From assembly GCA_012517475.1 (NCBI GenBank), contig JAAYUV010000077.1, positions 3,800-67,799 on the forward strand: DNA of 64,000 nt, written 5' to 3'. The notes below the pieces were generated by a model, which was not told the DNA's origin, ran no database searches, and worked only from the letters and a program-made list of their open reading frames with translations. The position numbers and the translations under genes were made by a program. Positions 56,672 through 64,000 of this stretch are shown piece after piece. Origin of the DNA: Peptococcaceae bacterium (lineage in GTDB: Bacteria > Bacillota > Desulfitobacteriia > Desulfitobacteriales > Syntrophobotulaceae). Position 1 is the stretch's first letter; each line of letters opens with the position of its first letter.

Positions 56672-59038
56672 ATGGAAATGGATAAAAATGCCCTGGCCAA
56701 ATCCTATCCGGAAGAGGATATTCAAACCCATACCGATTGTTTGCTGAAAAATCTGGAACTGTTAAAAGAGTTATATCCCAATCTGTTTTCGGATTGGGAT
56801 TCCTTCTATGACCTGTTGCGGCTGGCCTGCATTTATCACGATTTCGGCAAGTTATACCCGCGCTTCCAATATTGCCTCAAAAACAGGATTCCTTATACGG
56901 ACGGCCTTCCGCATGGCCTTTTGAGCCTGGCCTTTATTGATTACAAGTGGTTAAAAAAAGAAAAGGGATTGAAAAAAGAAGAACTGAGGCTCTTATTTCA
57001 GGCGGTCGCTTATCACCATGATCGAAAGATGCCGTATGACAACAACGAGATAGACAAAGAATTGGTCAAACTTCAGGCGCCGAATAACCGTTTTGCCTAT
57101 GACAAGCAGCCAAGCAAATTTTTAGCTGAGGAAATCGAAGCGGCATATTTCAGCGTCGGCGAAAGATTCAACCAAAAAGACAAGAGCCTGTTTTTCCGCT
57201 TTATCATGCTGGAAGGATTGCTCAACCGTTTGGACTATGCGGCCAGCGCCCATATTCCGGTCGAACAGCCGCCCGGCTTTCTGCCGTCGGCACTGGAAGC
57301 GCTCATGAACCGCTGGCAGGCCAAACAGCCGGAAGCCCGTTGGAATGACCTGCAGAATTATATGCGCCAACACGCAACTAACAATGTGATCGCCATTGCC
57401 CAGACCGGCATGGGCAAAACCGAAGCCGGTTTGCTGTGGCTCGGCAAGAGCAAAGGATTTTTCACCCTGCCCTTAAAAAGCGCCATCAATGCCATTTACG
57501 AGCGCCTTACAAACGATATTATTTTGGAACATAAAGAAGAACAGGTCGGTCTGCTGCATTCGGACACCTACAGCAAATACCTCGAAAATGAGCAGGACCA
57601 GAAAAAAACAGAGGCTAACGATGCGTTTGAGAGTGAAGGGGTATCCTCCGATCTCTACTATACCAGGACCAGGCAGTTATCCCTGCCTTTAACCGTCTGT
57701 ACTTTGGACCAGCTTTTCGGCTTTGTTTTCCTGTACCGGGGCTTTGAGTACAAACTGGCGACCTTGGCCTACTCCAAAATCATTATCGATGAGGTGCAGA
57801 TGTATTCTCCCGACCTGATTGCTTATCTGGTTTTGGGGCTGCGTTATATCACCCGGATGGGAGGGCAGTTTGCCGTTCTGACCGCGACTCTGCCCGCTTT
57901 TTTCCTGGATTTGCTCCGGGAGCAGGAGATTCCTTTCGAATCCCCTCAAGTTTTTACCGATAACCGGATTCGTCATAGTCTCAAAGTCATCGACAGGGAA
58001 ATCAATGCCCGGGATATTGCTGATTTAATCCGGCAGTATGGCGGAAAGAAAATTCTGGTGATCTGCAACACCATCAAAAGCGTAATTAAGCTTTATCACC
58101 AGCTTGCCTGGGATAAGGAAAAGGGACAGGCGCAAGCGGTTGCGCCTTTGCCGCAGGGTGGGGAAACAACCGCTGAAAGCGCCGAGAAGCCGGGCGTCTA
58201 TCTGCTTCATGGTAATTTCACCAAAGAAGACAGGCGCAAAAAGGAAGAACACATTTTAAGGATGGGGCGGAAGGAGAGTGCGGAAAGCTGCATCTGGATT
58301 GCTACCCAGATTGTCGAAGCTTCTCTGGATATCGATTTTGATTTACTGTTTACCGAACTGTCGGACTTGAACGGGTTGTTTCAACGTATGGGCCGGTGCT
58401 TCAGAAAACGGATTCTGGGCGATCTTCTTTACAACTGTTTTGTCTTTACCGGCGGTAACAGACTGTGCAGCGGTGTCGGACTATTTATTGACAAAGAAAT
58501 CCACCGCCTCTCCAAAGAAGCCTTGTCGGGAGTGGACGGCATTATAGACGAAGCACAAAAAGTGGCCATGGTGCAAGACCTTTACACCAGGGAAAAGCTG
58601 CCGGCGTATTACGCAAAAATAAAAGATACCATTGATTATGTGGATTGCCGTTCACCCTATGAGATTAACAAAGCGGAAGCCGATAAGCGTTTCCGGGATA
58701 TCGACACGGTTAGCGTGATTCCGCGCACGGTTTTCGAAGCCCGCCAAGCGGAAATCAGACAGGCTGTGGCAGTTTTGCAGAAAGATTACGACGGGCTGGA
58801 CAGAACGCAGGTAAGGGAGTTAAGAACGAAGGCCCGGGAGACGATCATGAACCTGACGGTGGATATTTCTAAATATTTGTATAAGAACATAGAAACCGGA
58901 GAAAAGGACACGATCCGAATCAGTGATTATGAACAAATTAAAATCGTCGAATGTGATTATAACAGCCAGGAGGGAATTATTCGCCCCACAATGAAACCAA
59001 AAGCAGAAGTAACGGATTTCTTCTCGCATTCTTTCTAA
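56672..59038 (+). CDS. cas3: Cas3 HD nuclease / SF2 helicase
   Basis: HD motifs: ACIYHDFGK and VAYHHD. Helicase motifs: AQTGMGKTEA, IIIDEVQMY, LTATLP. The ORF is open from 56666; the ATG at 56672 has better SD spacing. Confidence 0.9.
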   Translation: MEMDKNALAKSYPEEDIQTHTDCLLKNLELLKELYPNLFSDWDSFYDLLRLACIYHDFGKLYPRFQYCLKNRIPYTDGLPHGLLSLAFIDYKWLKKEKGLKKEELRLLFQAVAYHHDRKMPYDNNEIDKELVKLQAPNNRFAYDKQPSKFLAEEIEAAYFSVGERFNQKDKSLFFRFIMLEGLLNRLDYAASAHIPVEQPPGFLPSALEALMNRWQAKQPEARWNDLQNYMRQHATNNVIAIAQTGMGKTEAGLLWLGKSKGFFTLPLKSAINAIYERLTNDIILEHKEEQVGLLHSDTYSKYLENEQDQKKTEANDAFESEGVSSDLYYTRTRQLSLPLTVCTLDQLFGFVFLYRGFEYKLATLAYSKIIIDEVQMYSPDLIAYLVLGLRYITRMGGQFAVLTATLPAFFLDLLREQEIPFESPQVFTDNRIRHSLKVIDREINARDIADLIRQYGGKKILVICNTIKSVIKLYHQLAWDKEKGQAQAVAPLPQGGETTAESAEKPGVYLLHGNFTKEDRRKKEEHILRMGRKESAESCIWIATQIVEASLDIDFDLLFTELSDLNGLFQRMGRCFRKRILGDLLYNCFVFTGGNRLCSGVGLFIDKEIHRLSKEALSGVDGIIDEAQKVAMVQDLYTREKLPAYYAKIKDTIDYVDCRSPYEINKAEADKRFRDIDTVSVIPRTVFEARQAEIRQAVAVLQKDYDGLDRTQVRELRTKARETIMNLTVDISKYLYKNIETGEKDTIRISDYEQIKIVECDYNSQEGIIRPTMKPKAEVTDFFSHSF

Positions 59039-59084
59039 AAGCGCTGGACTCCTTGCTGTAACCGGGGAGGTGAGGGTAAAAACC

Positions 59085-59573
59085 ATGCGTATTACGGGAA
59101 CAATGTTTTATTATTACTTCGTCTGCCGGAGAAAACTATGGTGTTTTTGTCAAAACATTGCCTTTGAAAACGAGAGTGAAAGCGTACTGCTGGGCAAGTT
59201 GCTTGACGAAACGGCCTACGGCAGGGAACACAAACACCTGATGATCGATGAAACGGTCAATGTGGACTTTATCAGGGATTGGAAAGTGCTGCACGAGGTT
59301 AAGAAAAGCAAAAGCATCGAAGAAGCTTCCATTTGGCAAGTAAAATACTATTTGTACTTCCTCCGGCAAAGAGGGATCAAAATCGAAAAAGGCATCTTGG
59401 ATTACCCGAAGATCAAAAAACGCCAGGAAATTTTCCTGCAGGAAGGGGATGCAGAAAAAATTGAAACCCTATTAGCCGATATCCAAGCGGTTATCGCCCA
59501 GGAAAAGATGCCGCCGCCCATCCATTGGAAAATATGTAAAAGCTGTGCTTATTACGAGTATTGTTATGTGTAA
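59085..59573 (+). CDS. cas4: Cas4 RecB-like exonuclease
   Basis: N-terminal Cys (YYYFVCRRKLW), EVKKSK nuclease core and C-terminal CKSCAYYEYC Fe-S cysteines. Confidence 0.85.
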   Translation: MRITGTMFYYYFVCRRKLWCFCQNIAFENESESVLLGKLLDETAYGREHKHLMIDETVNVDFIRDWKVLHEVKKSKSIEEASIWQVKYYLYFLRQRGIKIEKGILDYPKIKKRQEIFLQEGDAEKIETLLADIQAVIAQEKMPPPIHWKICKSCAYYEYCYV

Positions 59574-59585
59574 AGGAGTGTCAAT

Positions 59586-60578
59586 ATGGCGGAAAGTTTC
59601 TATTTGTTTTCCGACGGTGAGTTGCAGCGAAAAGACAATGTATTGCGGATGGTCGCACCGGATGGACGGTTCAAAGATATCAAAATAGAAATGACGCGGG
59701 ATATATTTTTATTCGGAGAAGTGAGCCTAAACACCAAATGTCTCAATTACGCCGGCCAGCTTTCCATCCCGATTCACTTTTTCAACTACTATGGCTTTTA
59801 CACGGGAAGCTTCTACCCCAAAGAAGAAAATGTCTCGGGCAAATTGCTGATTGAACAAGTCCGGCGCTATACGGAATCTGATAAGCGGTTGGAAATCGCC
59901 AAAGCCTTTATTGAGGCGGCAAGTTATAATATTTTAAGGAACCTGCGTTATTACAGCGAGCGTAACCGGGATTTGGAAGCCTGCTTGTCGGAAATCAAGG
60001 CTTTAAGACGGGGAATTGAGCAGGCTAAAGATGTGCATGAATTGATGGGCTTGGAAGGAAGTATTCGCCGGGCCTATTACAGCGGCTGGAACGAGATCGT
60101 CAAGCAGGAGATTGATTTTGAAAAGAGGGTAAAACGCCCTCCCGACAATATGATTAATGCCTTAATCTCCTTTGTAAACTCTCTCGTTTATGTAACCTGC
60201 CTCACAGAAATCTATAAAACCCAACTCCATCCCGCCGTAAGTTATTTGCATAGCGCCGGGGAACGGAGATTTTCTCTTTGTCTGGATATTTCGGAAGTGT
60301 TTAAACCCTTAATCGCCGATCGCTTAATCTTCTCCATGCTGAATAAGAATATGCTGACAGAAAAGGATTTTGAGCGGGAATCAAATTTTTGCTATATGAA
60401 AGAAGCAGGGCGCAAACGACTATTGGAGGAATATGACGAAGCCTTAAAACGTACCATCCGGCATAAGGATTTGAATAAGGAAGTCTCTTACCGGCATTTA
60501 ATCCGTTTGGAATGCTATAAACTGATCAAACATCTTATGGGTGAGAAAAAATACGAAGGGTTTACCATTTGGTGGTGA
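59586..60578 (+). CDS. cas1: Cas1 integrase
   Basis: 330 aa. LMGLEGSIRRAYY, NALISFVNSLVY and SYLHS...SLCLDISEVFKP are conserved Cas1 blocks. Confidence 0.9.
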   Translation: MAESFYLFSDGELQRKDNVLRMVAPDGRFKDIKIEMTRDIFLFGEVSLNTKCLNYAGQLSIPIHFFNYYGFYTGSFYPKEENVSGKLLIEQVRRYTESDKRLEIAKAFIEAASYNILRNLRYYSERNRDLEACLSEIKALRRGIEQAKDVHELMGLEGSIRRAYYSGWNEIVKQEIDFEKRVKRPPDNMINALISFVNSLVYVTCLTEIYKTQLHPAVSYLHSAGERRFSLCLDISEVFKPLIADRLIFSMLNKNMLTEKDFERESNFCYMKEAGRKRLLEEYDEALKRTIRHKDLNKEVSYRHLIRLECYKLIKHLMGEKKYEGFTIWW

Positions 60579-60584
60579 TGAGCG

Positions 60585-60863
60585 ATGTATATTATCCTGG
60601 TCTATGATATTGAAATGGATGAGGGAGGGCCTAAAGCCTCAAGAAGGATTTTCAAGACATGTAAGAAATATTTAACCCATGTGCAGAAATCGGTCTTTGA
60701 GGGTGATATCACCCCGGCCTTATTAAAAAAACTGCAGGTTGAATTAAGTCCCCATATTCGCGAAGACAGGGATTCGGTACTGATATTCAAAAGCAGAGAA
60801 GAACGCTGGTTGCAAAAAGAATTTTGGGGGAAAGTGGATGATAAAACATCAAACTTTTTTTAG
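60585..60863 (+). CDS. cas2: Cas2
   Basis: 92 aa. MYIILVYDI...QKSVFEGDI is the Cas2 ferredoxin-like pattern. Confidence 0.9.
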   Translation: MYIILVYDIEMDEGGPKASRRIFKTCKKYLTHVQKSVFEGDITPALLKKLQVELSPHIREDRDSVLIFKSREERWLQKEFWGKVDDKTSNFF

Positions 60864-61063
60864 CAGCCTGCCTTACCCATATTGACTGTCGATCGTCGAT
60901 ACTGTGTTTTTGCGCGGAGATCGACAAAAGCCTGAATTCCCTGTATATTTTGGGTAGAAGTATTTAAATTTTTTATAGATATCATAAAAATTATATAGCG
61001 AAATGTTCATTCGACAGAAAAGCTTTCAAATTACCCTATTTAAAGCGCACCTCCAGCGGCAGG
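60864..61063 (+). promoter_or_regulatory. CRISPR leader
   Basis: A 200-bp AT-rich non-coding stretch between the cas2 stop and the first repeat. Confidence 0.55.
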
Positions 61064-64000
61064 CGATTAATTTAACCAAGTGGAATGTAAAGACCGGATT
61101 AAAGCAATAACAGGCAAGGCTAACTGGCGATTAATTTAACCAAGTGGAATGTAAAGCAGTCCACAAATCTCAGGGTTCAGAATTCCCGCTGGCGATTAAT
61201 TTAACCAAGTGGAATGTAAAGTGCAAAGGGCTTTCCGGATTACTACCTGAGAAATCCGATTAATTTAACCAAGTGGAATGTAAAGTGAGAACATCGAAGA
61301 CTTGAAAGGGGCTTTGCTTGACGATTAATTTAACCAAGTGGAATGTAAAGGGGAATATTGGTTTATATAGCTTCTCCTTAGAGGGCGATTAATTTAACCA
61401 AGTGGAATGTAAAGATCTTTTCCTATGTTTCTTTCAGACGGCAGACCATTCGATTAATTTAACCAAGTGGAATGTAAAGTTCCCTGGGGGACATTGTAGA
61501 ATACCCATCGCAGCGCGATTAATTTAACCAAGTGGAATGTAAAGTTCTTTTCTGCCGGGATTGGCCGCCCGGCTTTCGGCCGATTAATTTAACCAAGTGG
61601 AATGTAAAGTTGGAAGATTGTTTTTTACTATGATGTTGTGGAACCGATTAATTTAACCAAGTGGAATGTAAAGATAATCCGGCCGCAAATCAAATAGTCT
61701 ATCTGGAACCGATTAATTTAACCAAGTGGAATGTAAAGCCCTCCTACCTCAGCATTCCATTTATATAAAGCAGCCGATTAATTTAACCAAGTGGAATGTA
61801 AAGAACTGCAGGAGCTTGAAATTAAGCGCATGAATGCCGCGATTAATTTAACCAAGTGGAATGTAAAGGTAGTTACCGGCGGCGTTATAGCGGATACGAA
61901 GTCCGATTAATTTAACCAAGTGGAATGTAAAGGGTGAAGACCTTGAACAAATCTTTACCGATATCGGCCGATTAATTTAACCAAGTGGAATGTAAAGGAA
62001 CAAAACGCTTTAATAATTCCCGGGATGGACGGTCGATTAATTTAACCAAGTGGAATGTAAAGACCGTTACAATTGTTCTAAGTTCTCCCTCTCCCTGCGA
62101 TTAATTTAACCAAGTGGAATGTAAAGTAATGATCTGCCGGCCGGTTTTTTGCCCATATTTGGCGATTAATTTAACCAAGTGGAATGTAAAGCTGAATATA
62201 GTTCATAACATCCCTGTGAGCCTCTTCGATTAATTTAACCAAGTGGAATGTAAAGAAGACACTACCGGCTCTGGATAACAGCGACAGTTGTACGATTAAT
62301 TTAACCAAGTGGAATGTAAAGTAGGAACACAAAGAAACAATAATACACAATCCTATGCGATTAATTTAACCAAGTGGAATGTAAAGCATCTACAGGTAAA
62401 ATCAATTCTCATCAATTGCACCCGATTAATTTAACCAAGTGGAATGTAAAGAATGGACCGAATGATCGAAGGTTCTGGGACCCCAAGCGATTAATTTAAC
62501 CAAGTGGAATGTAAAGTTGTAACCGGCTACGATCAACCGGTGACAAACCAAACGATTAATTTAACCAAGTGGAATGTAAAGAAGGGTAAACCTCGTACAT
62601 CCGCCAAATCAATGCTCGCGATTAATTTAACCAAGTGGAATGTAAAGTGCCTTATCTGCCTAATAGCCCCACTAACCCGGCAACGATTAATTTAACCAAG
62701 TGGAATGTAAAGGCTCCCAATTCGATATTCCTGGGCGCCTGTTTCAACGATTAATTTAACCAAGTGGAATGTAAAGAGATTAAGCTTTGCAGCTTTTTCA
62801 CGGATAGCAATTCTGCGATTAATTTAACCAAGTGGAATGTAAAGCTGACTGGGGAGAACAAACCGGCTGCTGGAGGTTCCCGATTAATTTAACCAAGTGG
62901 AATGTAAAGTCTGTAACAATTTGTTGCTTAGTGCTGCTGCCGTTAACGATTAATTTAACCAAGTGGAATGTAAAGCCGACTATGGCAAACTATATTAACC
63001 GGTCAGCCCAGCGATTAATTTAACCAAGTGGAATGTAAAGATTCATTACAACTACTGGGTAAAGTTCAAATCCGGCGATTAATTTAACCAAGTGGAATGT
63101 AAAGTTCTTTTAACTCCTGCTTGCATTTAGGATTATCAACGATTAATTTAACCAAGTGGAATGTAAAGGTAATTGAAGAATTTTTAGAAGCATGGAAACA
63201 AAAAGCGATTAATTTAACCAAGTGGAATGTAAAGGCCAAACTCAGCGACAATAAAATACTTGAGGACAGACGATTAATTTAACCAAGTGGAATGTAAAGG
63301 TGGAGTAAGCTCGCCTCACTTCCCCCGGTATATCCGATTAATTTAACCAAGTGGAATGTAAAGACCTACAAATTTGGACCAATCTGGAAAGAGTGGGAAC
63401 GATTAATTTAACCAAGTGGAATGTAAAGTTGGAAATGCAGCATTTATCAGACAAAGAAAATCTAACGATTAATTTAACCAAGTGGAATGTAAAGTGAGTA
63501 CTCTAATCCAAATGATGCTATCAAGGACACGATTAATTTAACCAAGTGGAATGTAAAGAGAATTGATAAAGTTCATAAGCAATTCCGGCTCACGATTAAT
63601 TTAACCAAGTGGAATGTAAAGGCTCCCAATTCGATATTCCTGGGCGCCTGTTTCAATCGATTAATTTAACCAAGTGGAATGTAAAGATCTATCCGGTACC
63701 CCGCTGCAGCCAGGGCTAACAAACGATTAATTTAACCAAGTGGAATGTAAAGGTTTTTACACATGTCCTCAGGAATGACGTCAATTACGATTAATTTAAC
63801 CAAGTGGAATGTAAAGAAAGCTCTCACACCCATTTTAAGTCGAGAGATAAACGATTAATTTAACCAAGTGGAATGTAAAGTAATAGATTTTTCCAGACTT
63901 GAGCTTTTAGCCTTACGATTAATTTAACCAAGTGGAATGTAAAGAAATCAAGGTGGTGAATATATATCGTGGATATAGCACCGATTAATTTAACCAAGTG
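61064..64000 (+). CRISPR. type I-B CRISPR array, 46 repeats (last cut by the window end), 45 complete spacers
   Basis: CGATTAATTTAACCAAGTGGAATGTAAAG (29 nt) is invariant in every copy I read. The first copy is at 61064. Spacers are 34-39 nt. The + orientation is inferred from the cas2-proximal leader and from resemblance to clostridial I-B repeats of the ...AAGTGGTATGTAAAT type, which I am recalling from memory. Confidence 0.97.

Noticed and set aside
62504-63023. ORFs 62504..62695 and 62832..63023 (63 aa each, with repeated INLTKWNVK peptides).
   Set aside because: They lie entirely inside the CRISPR array. The repeated peptide is just the translated repeat.
63041-63075. Spacer 31 contains GTTCAAATCC, reminiscent of a tRNA T-loop. 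This raised the idea of a tRNA-targeting or att-site-derived spacer.
   Set aside because: The flanking bases do not form a T-arm, and a 10-nt resemblance is not significant.

Overview
This is a 64-kb chromosomal segment with Firmicutes/Clostridia hallmarks: GGAGG ribosome-binding sites, CWB2 and SLH wall-anchoring repeats, and Cheo-type GAAC-N4-GTTC SOS boxes.

Roughly 3-38.5 kb is a heavily remodelled defence/accessory island. In order it contains:
- an orphan HicB antitoxin;
- a tandem pair of WYL regulators;
- a DUF2779 dual-nuclease gene;
- an McrBC system whose McrB is split at an A7 tract and carries an EVE-like insert;
- a decayed type I R-M system (hsdM reduced to its 3' end and fused to a foreign Zn-finger ORF; hsdS and hsdR broken);
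- an SOS-box-preceded GNAT-like/ASCH cassette;
- an intact three-gene REase / Fe-S helicase / pPIWI-RE (Argonaute-like) operon, which I rate as the most interesting and essentially uncharacterised system in the window;
- a nucleotide cyclase remnant;
- sbcCD;
- an orphan AbrB-type antitoxin;
- a Zn-ribbon UvrD-like helicase-nuclease;
- an SOS-box-preceded gutted DUF5131 plus YwgA-like cassette;
- DUF3102;
- a HEPN-MNT pair.

38.5-52 kb holds DUF2922/DUF1659 small proteins, YjbQ, an SOS-box RhuM gene, a two-component system with an internally deleted response regulator, envelope genes (DUF445, RDD, LCP), ferritin and YitT.

52.5-64 kb is a complete type I-B CRISPR-Cas locus (cas6-cas8b-cas7-cas5-cas3-cas4-cas1-cas2). 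Its 29-nt-repeat array has 45 full spacers and runs off the window. Two degenerate repeat-like sequences sit in the cas6 5' leader, and one protospacer was acquired twice.

I saw no integrase, transposase, rRNA or tRNA gene. Many ORFs are frameshifted. Some breaks sit in homopolymers and could be sequencing error or phase variation; others are deletions or duplications that cannot be. All family assignments come from motif recognition by eye, not from database searches.
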